From Alphaproteobacteria bacterium (GTDB lineage: Bacteria; Pseudomonadota; Alphaproteobacteria; JAAXGF01): 64,000 bases of DNA. The notes under the pieces are model-generated. The model was given only the letters and a program-made list of their open reading frames with translations, ran no database searches and was not told the origin of the DNA. Numbering within the stretch: position 1 is the stretch's first letter; the number at the start of each line of letters is the position of its first letter. The stretch covers positions 1,071-65,070 of the forward strand of contig JAYGED010000241.1 in NCBI GenBank assembly GCA_046582565.1, given 5' to 3'. Made by a program: the position numbers and the translations under genes. Shown piece by piece: positions 1 through 9,796 of the stretch.

Positions 1-363
1 CATGCGGTGTTTTTCGTCGATGACGTGGAAGCAATCGATATCGAATGGCTCGGGCCACACCTCGAACACAGCGCCCGCTTCCCCATGCGCACCAATGTGG
101 AGTTCGCCCAGATCACCGCGCCCGACAAGATCCGCATGCGGGTGTGGGAGCGCGGCGTTGGCATTACCCGGGCCTGCGGCACCGGGGCCTGCGCTACCGG
201 GGTGGCGGCGGCGCGGCGCGGCCTGACCGGGCGCGCCACCGACATCACCTTGGACGGCGGCGATCTGCATATCGAGTGGCGCGACGACGGCCATGTACTG
301 ATGATCGGCCCGACGGCGGTCAGCTTCCACGGCGAGCTGCCAGAATTCGTAGTACCATCATGA
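1..363 (+). CDS. dapF: diaminopimelate epimerase, C-terminal part (5' end outside window)
   Basis: Translation ...GITRACGTGACATGVAAA...HIEWRDDGHVLMIGPTAVSFHGEL matches DapF C-terminal active-site region (second catalytic Cys in GTGACA); stop TGA 361-363 overlaps next start (ATGA). Confidence 0.8.
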   Translation, partial: HAVFFVDDVEAIDIEWLGPHLEHSARFPMRTNVEFAQITAPDKIRMRVWERGVGITRACGTGACATGVAAARRGLTGRATDITLDGGDLHIEWRDDGHVLMIGPTAVSFHGELPEFVVPS

Positions 364-1601
364 GCGCGGAAATACTGACCTTCGGCTGCCGCCTCAATGC
401 CTATGAATCCGAGATCATGCGCGGCCATGCGGAGGGGCTTGAGAACACCATCATCATCAACAGTTGCGCGGTGACCGCCGAGGCCGAGCGCCAGGTGCGC
501 CAGGCGATCCGCCGCGCCCGGCGCAATTCTCCCGATGCCCGTATCATCGTCACCGGCTGTGCCGCCCAGATAGACCCGCAACGCTACGCCGCCATGACCG
601 AGGTCGACCTTTTACTCGGCAACGGCGAGAAGCTCGCGCCTGATGCCTTCGCTGGCAATCAGAGGGTCCGGGTCGGCGATATCATGACCGCCCGCGCGAC
701 CGCGCCCCATCTGGTCACCGGCTTCGAGGGCCGGGCGCGCGTCTTCGTCCAGGTGCAGAACGGCTGCGATCACCGCTGCACCTTCTGCATTATCCCCTAT
801 GGCCGGGGCAACAGCCGCAGCCTTGCGCTCGGCGAAATCGTTGAACAGACCCGCCGTCTGATCGATGGCGGGTACAAGGAAATTGTCCTCACCGGGGTCG
901 ATCTCACGTCCTATGACGCTGCCGATTTGAGCCTCGGCGCCATGGTCCGCGCCCTGCTCGACGCCGTGCCGGACCTGCCCCGCCTGCGTTTGTCTTCGAT
1001 CGATGTGGCCGAGATCGATGACGATCTGATGGAGTTGATCGCCCATGAGCCCCGGCTTATGCCGCATCTTCATCTCAGCCTCCAGGCCGGCGACGATATG
1101 GTGCTCAAGCGCATGAAGCGGCGCCATTGCCGGGCCGACGCCCTGGCCTTCTGCGCGCGCGTGCGCGCACTCCGGCCCGACATCGCCCTGGGCGCCGACC
1201 TGATCGCCGGCTTTCCCACCGAGACCGAGGCTATGTTCCAACGCAGCCTCGATCTGGTTGATCAGGCCGCTCTCGCCTTCCTGCATGTGTTTCCCTATTC
1301 GGCGCGGGCGGGCACCCCGGCGGCGCTGATGCCGCAAACCCCCAAGCCGGTGGCCAAGGCGCGCGCCGCCCGTCTGCGCGAGGCCGGCATGCGGTCTCAG
1401 GAGCGTTATCTCAAGGACCGCCTGGGCGAGACCCTGGAGGTGCTGATCGAGCGGGGCCGCGAAGGCCGCAGCCAGCATTACGCCCAGGTCCGCCTGGATG
1501 GCGGCGCGTACGCGACGTGTGATTATTCGCCTGGCGACCTGGTGCAAGCGACCGCGAGCGCGGTGGTTGACGGCGTCCTCATTGCGACGCCAAGCGTTTA
1601 A
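360..1601 (+). CDS. mtaB: radical-SAM methylthiotransferase, MtaB-like (tRNA t6A37 methylthiotransferase)
   Basis: N-terminal MTTase domain (ILTFGCRLNAYESE), radical SAM CxxxCxxC (NGCDHRCTFCIIPYGRG), TRAM-like C-term; ATG at 360 overlapping dapF stop. Confidence 0.75.
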   Translation: MSAEILTFGCRLNAYESEIMRGHAEGLENTIIINSCAVTAEAERQVRQAIRRARRNSPDARIIVTGCAAQIDPQRYAAMTEVDLLLGNGEKLAPDAFAGNQRVRVGDIMTARATAPHLVTGFEGRARVFVQVQNGCDHRCTFCIIPYGRGNSRSLALGEIVEQTRRLIDGGYKEIVLTGVDLTSYDAADLSLGAMVRALLDAVPDLPRLRLSSIDVAEIDDDLMELIAHEPRLMPHLHLSLQAGDDMVLKRMKRRHCRADALAFCARVRALRPDIALGADLIAGFPTETEAMFQRSLDLVDQAALAFLHVFPYSARAGTPAALMPQTPKPVAKARAARLREAGMRSQERYLKDRLGETLEVLIERGREGRSQHYAQVRLDGGAYATCDYSPGDLVQATASAVVDGVLIATPSV

Positions 1602-1629
1602 TGCCACAGAGCGGTATGAAGAGAGCGAT

Positions 1630-2559
1630 ATGAAGACTGAAGGCGGCTGGTTTTCCCGGCTCAAGGCGGGGCTCTCGCGGTCGTCGTCGAAACTCGCCGA
1701 CGGCATCGGCGGAATCTTCACCAAGCGCCGCCTGGACGCCGAAGCCCTTGAGGAGCTCGAAGAACTTCTGATCACCGCCGATCTCGGCGTCGAGACCGCC
1801 GCTTCGCTGACCGCCGAGCTGGCCCGCGACCGCTTCGACAAGGACATTAGCCCTGAGGAGGTGCGCCGCGCCCTGGCCGGCCAGATTGCCGACATCCTCG
1901 AGCCCGTGGCGCGGCCCCTGGCGCTCGATCCGGCACATTCGCCCCATGTGGTGCTGGTGGTCGGCGTCAACGGCACCGGCAAGACGACGACCATCGGCAA
2001 GCTCGCCAAACAGTGGCGCGATGAGGGCCATGGGGTCATGCTCGCCGCCTGCGACACCTTCCGCGCCGCCGCCATCGAGCAGCTTCAGGCCTGGGGCGAG
2101 CGCTCAGGCTGTGCGGTGGTCGCGGCCAAGCCCGGCGCCGACGCCGCCGGCCTCGCCTATGACGCGCTCATTCAGGCGCGCGAGGCGGGCGTGGACCTGC
2201 TGCTCATCGACACCGCCGGGCGGCTGCACAACAAGGCCGAACTCATGGCCGAGCTGGAAAAGATATCGCGGGTTCTCAAGAAGCTCGACGAAGGCGCGCC
2301 CCATGACGTCCTGCTGGTGCTCGACGCCACGGTCGGCCAGAACGCTCACGCCCAGGTCGAGACCTTCCAGCGCCTGGTGGCGGTCAGCAGCCTCGCCGTT
2401 ACCAAGCTCGACGGCACCGCGCGGGGCGGCGTCCTGGTGGCCCTGGCGCAAAAATTCGCCCTCCCGGTGATCGCCGTCGGCGTCGGCGAAGCCATCGAAG
2501 ACCTGCGCCCCTTCGAAGCCCGCCCCTTCGCGGCCGCGCTCATGGGCCTGGAGGATTAG
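1630..2559 (+). CDS. ftsY: signal recognition particle receptor FtsY
   Basis: NG domain with GVNGTGKTTTIGKLA P-loop, DTAGR, TKLDGTARGG motifs; ATG at 1630 preceded by GAAGAGAG RBS (ORF-track start at 1498 overlaps mtaB and is less likely). Confidence 0.88.
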   Translation: MKTEGGWFSRLKAGLSRSSSKLADGIGGIFTKRRLDAEALEELEELLITADLGVETAASLTAELARDRFDKDISPEEVRRALAGQIADILEPVARPLALDPAHSPHVVLVVGVNGTGKTTTIGKLAKQWRDEGHGVMLAACDTFRAAAIEQLQAWGERSGCAVVAAKPGADAAGLAYDALIQAREAGVDLLLIDTAGRLHNKAELMAELEKISRVLKKLDEGAPHDVLLVLDATVGQNAHAQVETFQRLVAVSSLAVTKLDGTARGGVLVALAQKFALPVIAVGVGEAIEDLRPFEARPFAAALMGLED

Positions 2560-2641
2560 GGGGAGTTCGTGTCCAAACGGTTTATCTACTAAGATACCGC
2601 TTGCAGAGAACTTGTTGGATGATGGGCACGGTGTTTTTTAG

Positions 2642-3133
2642 ATGTCGTCACGCCAAAGCAAAAATTTAAGCTGGGAAGAAATCGAGCTTCTTCGGCCTTG
2701 TATCGAAAACCTCCGAGAGTTGGAGCTGGGTAAACGCGCACCAACTACAAGTCTTCAAGTTCACTTTCTTGATGTTTGTAAAGGGAAGGTAGAAGCCTCG
2801 ACCAAGCACGCATTCGCCTATTTGAAATGGCGTCAAAACCCAGTTGATTTGAACCAACTTGTCATGAGCCAGGCTACAAGAGAAGAACTAGGGCAAGGTC
2901 CCAAAGAAGGAGCGAGGGAAATTGAAAGGAAAAAGGCAGAGAGAAACGCTCGCAATTCGGAAAAGCAAAAAAGAGAATTTAAGAAAATAAAGCGAGAGGC
3001 TACGGCGAGAACAACTCAAGATCGGAAGGCAAGTTTAGAGGGCCAGTCATATAAAAGGTTCATTGATGAACCTTTGGAAAGCCGAGAGGAATTCAAAAAA
3101 GATCGAGCAAGCTGGAAAAACTCACACAGCTAA
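2642..3133 (+). CDS. hypothetical highly charged (K/E/R-rich) protein encoded in AT-rich foreign DNA
   Basis: Only long ORF in a ~40-47% GC patch (2560-3165) in a ~65% GC genome; no recognisable domain; weak RBS. Confidence 0.4.
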   Translation: MSSRQSKNLSWEEIELLRPCIENLRELELGKRAPTTSLQVHFLDVCKGKVEASTKHAFAYLKWRQNPVDLNQLVMSQATREELGQGPKEGAREIERKKAERNARNSEKQKREFKKIKREATARTTQDRKASLEGQSYKRFIDEPLESREEFKKDRASWKNSHS

Positions 3134-3165
3134 AAAATAATATTTACCGCCATTATCCTGAAGGA

Positions 3166-3660
3166 TTAGGGGAGCGCCCTCCGGGCGTCCGCCAGCGGCA
3201 AGACCAAGACCAGCGGGTCGCCGGGGGAGGTGAGAAAATCGTTGCTCCGGTAAAAACCGGCGGCGGCTTCATCCAGGGCGTGGACCAGGAGGGCGCGGAT
3301 GCCGGCGATTTCGGCGGCGGCCAAGGATCGTACGATGGCGTCCTTGAGCATACCTTTCGCCAGCCCTCGGCCCTGCCAGCCGCTGTCGACGGCGAGGCGG
3401 GCGATGATCATGACGGGGATTGGGTCGGGCATGTTTCGCCGCACCCTGCCGGGCGCCGCTCGATGGTCAACCGAGCTTGCGGCCAGGCTATAGTAGGCGA
3501 CTACGCGGTCGTTCTCGCACACAACATAAGTCCGCGAAGCCCCGGCGGTCTGGTTTTTGACGGCTCTTTCCTTCAACCAGTCATCGAGCAGCGGCTGGCC
3601 GCAAATAAACTGTGTGTGATCGTTGTCTGCCGATAAGGGTCGCGGCGCTTGAATCGTCAC
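3166..3660 (-). CDS. GNAT-family N-acetyltransferase toxin (TacT/AtaT/KacT-like) of type II TA system
   Basis: 164 aa GNAT fold (RLAVDSGWQGRGLAKGML acetyl-CoA motif) immediately downstream (14 bp) of a DUF1778 RHH antitoxin gene; classic operon order antitoxin-toxin. Confidence 0.8.
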   Translation of the reverse strand: MTIQAPRPLSADNDHTQFICGQPLLDDWLKERAVKNQTAGASRTYVVCENDRVVAYYSLAASSVDHRAAPGRVRRNMPDPIPVMIIARLAVDSGWQGRGLAKGMLKDAIVRSLAAAEIAGIRALLVHALDEAAAGFYRSNDFLTSPGDPLVLVLPLADARRALP

Positions 3661-3674
3661 AAGAGTATCTTGAT

Positions 3675-3968
3675 CTAGTCCCAGGGCGCCGGCGTCGAGA
3701 GCAGTGTCTTGAGCGCCTTTGTCGGCCGGGCCGGAGCATTGAGACAGGCGGTGAATTTTTCGTAAGCCGCGTCGTCCAACAGGAACATCCGTTGATCGAG
3801 CAGGGTATTCACCGCTTCCTTGCGGGCGGACTCCAGCATGAATTCGGTGCGTGACTTGCCCAGACTGGCGGCGGCGCGGTCGATCAGCGCCTTCTGCTCG
3901 GCGGAGGCGCGGAGATTTATGGTCTCTCCCCGGGAAGCCGTTCCCGTTTGGCGCTCGATATCCGTCAT
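3675..3968 (-). CDS. DUF1778-family (TacA-like) antitoxin, ribbon-helix-helix
   Basis: 97 aa; INLRASAEQKALIDRAA...SRTEFMLESAR signature of DUF1778 antitoxins paired with GNAT toxins. Confidence 0.8.
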   Translation of the reverse strand: MTDIERQTGTASRGETINLRASAEQKALIDRAAASLGKSRTEFMLESARKEAVNTLLDQRMFLLDDAAYEKFTACLNAPARPTKALKTLLSTPAPWD

Positions 3969-3990
3969 GGTTCTCTCACAATGTTAGTAA

Positions 3991-4026
3991 TTACGTTGTA
4001 TATACATGACCGTGCGCACATTGTAA
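3991..4026. promoter_or_regulatory. putative TA operator: inverted repeat TTACGTTGT(N18)ACATTGTAA containing palindrome TGTATATACA
   Basis: Seen directly in sequence 25-60 bp upstream of antitoxin start, in divergent promoter region shared with methyltransferase gene. Confidence 0.4.
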
Positions 4027-4100
4027 AGACGTAGGTTGCGGGCCCGGCCCCCTGTTTTATGCTATTAGATGAGAATAATAGGGACGGTGGGGACCGGAAG

Positions 4101-4928
4101 ATGAATACGACAGCCATCAAATCCATGAAGCTCTATTCGCGGGTTGATCGCATTTATGACGATCTGCGGCATGCCGGTATTGGTCCTAACGATCCGCTCA
4201 CCGTCGCCGATCTGTTGCCGTTCGATCAGTATCATTATTTCGGCGCCGAAGCGGTCGATGAGGCGATCCGGGAGCTTGCCGTCAGAGCCGGCCACCGGCT
4301 TCTCGATGTGGGCTCGGGCCTCGGCGGCCCGGCGCGTTATCTGGCCGAGCAGACCGCCTGCCGGGTCACCGCCATCGAGCTGCAGGCCGACCTGAACGAC
4401 GTCGCCAGCTCGCTCACCGCGCGCTGCGACCTGGCCGGCCGCATCGAGCATCTGTGCGGCGATATCCTGACGGCTGCGATCGATCCGGGCGGCTATGATG
4501 CGGCGGTCAGCTGGCTGGCGTTCTACCATATCGCCGATAAGGACCGGCTGTTCGCCCGGCTGCATGACGCGCTCAGGCCCGGCGGTTCGATCTATATCGA
4601 GGATTTTTTCAGCCACGGCGATTTTGCTGACCGTGAGCAGCCCATCCTCTCCGAGGTGGTCTACGCCCAGAGCCTGCCCTCGCGCGACGCCTACATCGGC
4701 CTGCTCGAAGCCGCCGGCTTCAGCGACATCCGTTTCGAGGACATGACCGCCCAATGGATGCCGTTTGTCATCGAGCGCGCGAGCGCCTACCGCGCCCGCC
4801 TGCCTGAGCACCGGGCCCTCCATGGCCGGGATGTAACCGACGCCCTTGATGATTTTTACGACGGCGTCGCCAGCCTGTTTCGCGGCGGCAGCTTCGGCGG
4901 CCTGCGTCTGGTGGCGAAACGGGCGTAG
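4101..4928 (+). CDS. class I SAM-dependent methyltransferase
   Basis: Motif I LLDVGSGLGGPARYLA, post-I acidic residue, motif II/III region; ATG 4101 with GGAAG RBS (ORF-track start 4059 is upstream alternative). Confidence 0.7.
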   Translation: MNTTAIKSMKLYSRVDRIYDDLRHAGIGPNDPLTVADLLPFDQYHYFGAEAVDEAIRELAVRAGHRLLDVGSGLGGPARYLAEQTACRVTAIELQADLNDVASSLTARCDLAGRIEHLCGDILTAAIDPGGYDAAVSWLAFYHIADKDRLFARLHDALRPGGSIYIEDFFSHGDFADREQPILSEVVYAQSLPSRDAYIGLLEAAGFSDIRFEDMTAQWMPFVIERASAYRARLPEHRALHGRDVTDALDDFYDGVASLFRGGSFGGLRLVAKRA

Positions 4929-4990
4929 ATTTTATCGCGGATGGCGCAGGCGCGGCCTGCATCTTATATCCGGGAGCGATGGAAGCGGGG

Positions 4991-5176
4991 TCACTTCAGA
5001 CGCTTTTTACCCCAATCGGTCAGGCCGCGATCAGCCTGCAAGGCGGCCTCGATATGGACGCAGGATGCGTTTGCATCGCGGAATTTCATCAGCTTCTCGA
5101 TCGGAAACTCGACCTTGCCGATGTCCGACCGGTCTCTCAGGCGGTCTTTTTTGGATCCGTGTGTTCTACCAGTCAT
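4991..5176 (-). CDS. small hypothetical protein (61 aa)
   Basis: ATG at 5176 preceded by GGAGAA RBS; no recognised domain. Confidence 0.35.
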   Translation of the reverse strand: MTGRTHGSKKDRLRDRSDIGKVEFPIEKLMKFRDANASCVHIEAALQADRGLTDWGKKRLK

Positions 5177-5263
5177 GGCATTCTCCAATTCATCGGGACC
5201 GACATGTCCCCGACACCCACCAAATTCAGCAAGATCATACCACCGTTCCGTCACCGAGAGAAC

Positions 5264-5310
5264 TGGTGCGCCCGACAGGATTCGAACCTGCGGCCACCAG
5301 ATTAGGAATC
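5264..5310 (-). pseudogene. 3' fragment (anticodon loop to CCA end, 47 nt) of a tRNA-Arg gene; putative att-site direct repeat
   Basis: 39/47 identity to the 3' part of the intact tRNA-Arg(CCT) at 19469-19545 in the same orientation, including identical anticodon loop (CAGATTAGGAATC on + strand), T-loop TTCGAAT and acceptor CGGGCGC-A-CCA; compensatory changes in T-stem; 5' half absent. Confidence 0.7.
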
Positions 5311-5863
5311 ATAACACCGGCCGAGAAAATTTATTATATATCAATAGGTTGGTGTTCATAGTTTGCGTCTAGCAACGCCACAGCAACGGCCCGGCATCGT
5401 TATGCAGCATACCGGCACGTCGAATCACCTACATGTACTACTACCCTTTAGATTCTAATAAGAATGTGCCGTCCACACTGTCCGCGCCGTCCTCAAGCCA
5501 ATGAAAACATTTCCTTAGGCGAAAACGCTTTGCCGTCCGCATGTGTCTGCAACCGTCCGAATTGAGGGCGGTGTACAGCCTAATGTCCGCTTTCGGGGGT
5601 AAAGCAGACCTAATTCACTAGGTGCTGCAATGTCTGCTTATAGCTATAACCGGAAGTTTGTGATGCCGGCGCGGCTCATGGGCTCGTGGGCATCTTACTT
5701 GCTTGGAGGTGGATACACAGTCCACCTCGGCCGCTGCCACCTTGGCGATGGTGCCGTTACGCGAAATACCGGCTTTATCGGCTCCGAAATGCGCGGTGGC
5801 CGCGGACTTGCACACGGGGGCCTACGACCTGGCCCGCGACCTTTGGCGTTGAGCGCGCGCCGT

Positions 5864-7735
5864 TCAGGCGTGGCCGTCGACAGGCTGCTGATAGGCGGCG
5901 AGTTCGTCGATCTCGCGGTGGCAGTGAATGACATGGTCATCCCCCGCCTGACGTGCCGGCGGCGGCTCGCCATCGCAGATGCCGGGCATCATCAGCGGGC
6001 AGCGGGTGCGGAACGGGCAAGCGCTGTCGCGCGGCATGACTCCGGCAAACGCACCGCCACCCTTGGCCGCGTGATCTTCGAGTGCGGTATCGAGCCAGTC
6101 CAGCCGAAGCGCCGGTACCGAGGCAATCAGTAGCGACGTATAGGGATGGTGCGGCGCGGCGAACACCCGTTCGGTGGGGCCGATATCGACCACCCGTCCG
6201 GCGTAAAGCACGGCCACCCGGTCGGCGATGGTCGCCACCGTCGAGAGGTCGTGGGAAATAAACATGTAGGCGACCTGGAATCTCTGGCGCAGGTCGCGCA
6301 TTAAGTCGAGTACCGAAGCAGCGACGACGGTGTCCAGCGACGACAATACCTCGTCGCACAGCACCAGTTCCGGCTTGGCGGCAAAGGCGCGGGCCAGGGA
6401 AAGCCGCTGGCGTTCGCCACCCGACAGCTCGCCGGGATAGCGCCCGGCAAAGTCGGTGTCGAGGCCGACGCTTTCCAGCAGCTCGTCGACCCGGTCGCGG
6501 CGCTCGGCCGCGGTCATATCGAAATAGAGCTCGAGCGGCCGGCCCAGGGACTTTTCCACTAGATGTTCGGGATTGAGCGACAGGTCCGGGCTCTGAAATA
6601 CGATCTGGATTTTTCGTAAAGTGTCGAGCTGGCGGTCGGCAACACTGCCGCGCAGAGTCTCGCCGGAGAATTCAAGCTCGCCGGAGAGGGCCGGATGGAG
6701 GCCGGCGACAACCCGCGCCAGAGTGCTCTTGCCGCAGCCTGACTCGCCGACCACCGCGAGGACTTCCTGGGCCCGGACATCGAGAGTGACGTCCTGGAGA
6801 ACCTGCTGTTCGCGTTTGATGGTTCCAAACAGCGGCGGGCGTTCATACGTCGCACAGACAGATTTGATACGCAGCAGAACGTTGTCGGACTTCGCCTCCG
6901 TCTCCGCCTCCGGCTCGGCCACCGTGACCGGTTTCGCGCCGGTATTGGGCGGCGGCCGGACTGCTGATAGCAGCAGCTTGGTGTAATCGTCCTGGGGATT
7001 GTTGAGAATTTCGTCCGCCGTGCCTTCTTCGACCACGCGGCCGCCGTTCATGACCAATATGCGGTCGGCGACCTGGGCCACCACCGCGAGGTCGTGGGAG
7101 ACGTAGATCGCCGCCATGTGGCGGTCCTGAATGGCGTCCTTGATGGCCTTCAGAACTTCAATCTGGGTGGTAACGTCGAGCGCCGTGGTCGGCTCGTCGA
7201 GGACCAGCAGCTTGGGCCCGCAGCTCATCGCCATGGCCATCATGATGCGCTGCTGCTGGCCGCCGCTGGCCTGGTGCGGGTAACGCTCGACCAGGGCCGG
7301 CGGATCGGGCAGGTCGAGGGTGGTCAGCAGATCGATCACGCGGCGCTCGGCTTCCTCGCCGTCGGAGATGCCGTGAATGACCAGCCCCTCGCCGACCTGC
7401 TCGCCGATCGGGATCGCCGGATTGAGGGAGGCCTGGGCGCTCTGCGCCACGTAGGCGACGTCCTTACCGCGCAACTCGCGGCGCTGGCGAGAGCTGAGCT
7501 TGAGGACATCAACGTCGTCCAGGAAGACGCGGCCGCCGATAATTTGCGTACCGGGCCGCGCATAGCCGAGCGCGCTGAGCGCCACGGTCGTCTTGCCGGC
7601 GCCCGATTCGCCGATCAGCGCGACAACCTCGCGCGGACGGATCTCAAGGCTCACATTGTCGGCGATGGTGATAACGGCGCCGGTCGGCGTGCGTGCCTCG
7701 ACGACCAACTCCTCGATCCGCAGCAATGCGGTCAC
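5864..7735 (-). CDS. ABC transporter ATP-binding protein, fused double NBD (DppD/DppF-like, peptide/opine/nickel family)
   Basis: Two Walker A motifs ([18 protein letters not shown]), two LSGGQ signatures, C-terminal Cys cluster typical of Opp/Dpp ATPases; GTG start at 7735 overlapping upstream permease stop (GTGA). Confidence 0.8.
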   Translation of the reverse strand: MTALLRIEELVVEARTPTGAVITIADNVSLEIRPREVVALIGESGAGKTTVALSALGYARPGTQIIGGRVFLDDVDVLKLSSRQRRELRGKDVAYVAQSAQASLNPAIPIGEQVGEGLVIHGISDGEEAERRVIDLLTTLDLPDPPALVERYPHQASGGQQQRIMMAMAMSCGPKLLVLDEPTTALDVTTQIEVLKAIKDAIQDRHMAAIYVSHDLAVVAQVADRILVMNGGRVVEEGTADEILNNPQDDYTKLLLSAVRPPPNTGAKPVTVAEPEAETEAKSDNVLLRIKSVCATYERPPLFGTIKREQQVLQDVTLDVRAQEVLAVVGESGCGKSTLARVVAGLHPALSGELEFSGETLRGSVADRQLDTLRKIQIVFQSPDLSLNPEHLVEKSLGRPLELYFDMTAAERRDRVDELLESVGLDTDFAGRYPGELSGGERQRLSLARAFAAKPELVLCDEVLSSLDTVVAASVLDLMRDLRQRFQVAYMFISHDLSTVATIADRVAVLYAGRVVDIGPTERVFAAPHHPYTSLLIASVPALRLDWLDTALEDHAAKGGGAFAGVMPRDSACPFRTRCPLMMPGICDGEPPPARQAGDDHVIHCHREIDELAAYQQPVDGHA

Positions 7736-8625
7736 TGGGTCAGCTCTTCCGAGATGCTGCGGCCAGACTGGCTCGACATCCAATCGACCAGAAGGTTGAC
7801 GCCGATGGTCAGGGTGCCGATGGCGACGGCCGGCAACACCGGGGCCATGGAGCCGAGCAGAATACCCGACAGGTTCTCCCGGACCATGCTGCCCCAATCG
7901 GCTGCGGGCGGCTGAATGCCGAGCCCGAGGAAGCTGAGGCTGGAAAGAAACAGAATGGCGAAGGTCAGGCGAAGGCCGAATTCCACCGCCAGGGGGCGGA
8001 GCGTATTGGGCAGAATTTCGCGCACCAGCACCGAGGTCAGCGATTCGCCCCGGGCCCGCGCCACCTCGACATAGTCGAGGACCACGACGTTCATGGCCAC
8101 GGCGCGGGCAATGCGGGCAATGCGCGGTGCGCTGACCACGGCGATGGTACCGATCAAGACATAGATATCGGTCCCCAGCGCGACGATGATGATCAGCGCC
8201 ATCATGATCGGCGGGAAGGAAATGAAGACATCGATCAACCAGGTGATGAAGTCATCGGTGCGGCCGCGGATCTCAGCGGCGGCGAAACCGACGATCATGC
8301 CCATGGCAAACCCGATGAGATTTGAAATTAAAGCAATGCCGATGGTCAGGTGAGCGCCGTGGAGCATGCGCGACAGCACGTCGCGGCCCAGGGCGTCACT
8401 GCCCATGAAGCTAATTTCATCGCCGGGCGGCGAGTAGGCCTTCCAGACCAGTATTTCGCCCGGATCGTGAGGCGCGATGAAAGGTCCGATAATCGCCACC
8501 AAAATCCCGAACCCGACGATGATGAGCCCGATCCAGCCGTTTAAATTGAGTTTGGGGCGCTCCCGCTTGCTGCGCTTGCGCGGCGCGGCGACAGTTTTGC
8601 CGCTGGTGCCGACCATCTCGGTCAT
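7732..8625 (-). CDS. ABC transporter permease (DppC/OppC family)
   Basis: BPD_transp_1 permease topology and EAA-like loop; start overlaps upstream permease stop (ATGA). Confidence 0.8.
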   Translation of the reverse strand: MTEMVGTSGKTVAAPRKRSKRERPKLNLNGWIGLIIVGFGILVAIIGPFIAPHDPGEILVWKAYSPPGDEISFMGSDALGRDVLSRMLHGAHLTIGIALISNLIGFAMGMIVGFAAAEIRGRTDDFITWLIDVFISFPPIMMALIIIVALGTDIYVLIGTIAVVSAPRIARIARAVAMNVVVLDYVEVARARGESLTSVLVREILPNTLRPLAVEFGLRLTFAILFLSSLSFLGLGIQPPAADWGSMVRENLSGILLGSMAPVLPAVAIGTLTIGVNLLVDWMSSQSGRSISEELTQ

Positions 8626-9665
8626 GAGGTGTATCTTATGCGCGGGTTGCTCATGATCGCGATCATGTCGGCCATGATGTTGAGCACGATGTAAGTGACG
8701 CAGAAAATCAACCCGGTGATTTGCACCAACGGCAAATCACGCATGCCGATGGCGTCGACCATCAGGCGGCCAAGTCCGGGATAGGTGAAGACCACCTCGA
8801 TGACGACCACGCCGCTGATCAGATAGCCGAGATTGAGCGCGATCACGTTGACAATGGGCGCCAGGGCGTTGGGCGCGGCGTGGCGCAGAATGATGCGGCT
8901 TTTGGAGGCGCCCTTGAGCAGCGCCATTTCAACGTAGGGTGAGCGCAGAACATCGAGAATGGTAGCCCGCGTCATGCGTATCATATGCGACAGCATGGTC
9001 AGCATCAGGGTCGCCACGGGCAGGGCCAAGGCGTGCATGGCGCCGCCGAAATCGCTGAAGTCGACCCGTTTCAGCATCATCGGGAACCAGCGCATCTCCA
9101 CCGAGAAAATGATGATCAGAATGATGGCGATCAGAAAATCCGGTATGGAAACCATGAACAAGGTGACGGCATTGACAACGCGGTCGAACAGGCTGTCGGG
9201 GAAGGCGGCGGATAACAGGCCAAGCGCGATGGCCAGTGGAACAGCAATTACCGCCGTTACGATGGCCAGATAAAGGGTATTGAGAACGCGTGGCGCGACA
9301 AGGCCGTCGACCGGGAAACCATTTGCCAACGAAACACCCAGGTCGCCCGATAGAATGCGGCCAAGCCAATCGAAATACCTTGTCAGCATGGGTCGGTCGA
9401 GACCCATCTGCGCCCGCAGGGCGGCCTTCAATTCCTCGGTCGCAGATTGACCGAGAACCGCCGAGGCCACGTCACCGGGCAGGATTTCCGTGCCCGCGAA
9501 GATCAGTGCGGTGATTGCCCACAGGGTTAGAAGGCTAAGCAGAAGCCGTCGCGCCAGGAACTTCGCCAACAAACCTCGGTGCCTCCTCCAGATGCGGAAA
9601 ACGGGCCGGTTGTCGCCGGACCACAATTGATTGACGGAGTATATCCGATCGCCGTGCCGCTTCAT
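8622..9665 (-). CDS. ABC transporter permease (DppB/OppB family)
   Basis: Typical N-terminal LLRRLLL...PGD motif of DppB; true start may be internal (N-terminus of ORF-track product is non-canonical). Confidence 0.75.
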   Translation of the reverse strand: MKRHGDRIYSVNQLWSGDNRPVFRIWRRHRGLLAKFLARRLLLSLLTLWAITALIFAGTEILPGDVASAVLGQSATEELKAALRAQMGLDRPMLTRYFDWLGRILSGDLGVSLANGFPVDGLVAPRVLNTLYLAIVTAVIAVPLAIALGLLSAAFPDSLFDRVVNAVTLFMVSIPDFLIAIILIIIFSVEMRWFPMMLKRVDFSDFGGAMHALALPVATLMLTMLSHMIRMTRATILDVLRSPYVEMALLKGASKSRIILRHAAPNALAPIVNVIALNLGYLISGVVVIEVVFTYPGLGRLMVDAIGMRDLPLVQITGLIFCVTYIVLNIMADMIAIMSNPRIRYTS

Positions 9666-9796
9666 AATGGACTTTCGCGATTTGCAATCCCATACTAATC
9701 TCGATCCATCAGAGGAAGACTTGAGACGAACTTGAGTTTGATGCTGGCGCGGATAATAATGCTGGCAAGCAAATGAACATTAAGGGAGCAGATCCA

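Noticed and set aside
612-2075. 487-aa ORF on minus strand overlapping mtaB and ftsY
   Set aside because: Antisense to two well-supported conserved genes; low-complexity Ala/Arg-rich translation typical of high-GC antisense frames.
5630-6133. 167-aa plus-strand ORF at 3' end of ABC ATPase gene
   Set aside because: Overlaps the conserved C-terminus of the ATPase on the opposite strand; no RBS; likely spurious although the 5316-5860 noncoding stretch itself remains unexplained.
7736-7897. N-terminal extension of the ABC ATPase ORF (MGQHGPGE...)
   Set aside because: Extension lies inside the upstream permease gene; the conserved ATPase N-terminus begins at GTG 7735, which overlaps the permease stop (GTGA coupling).
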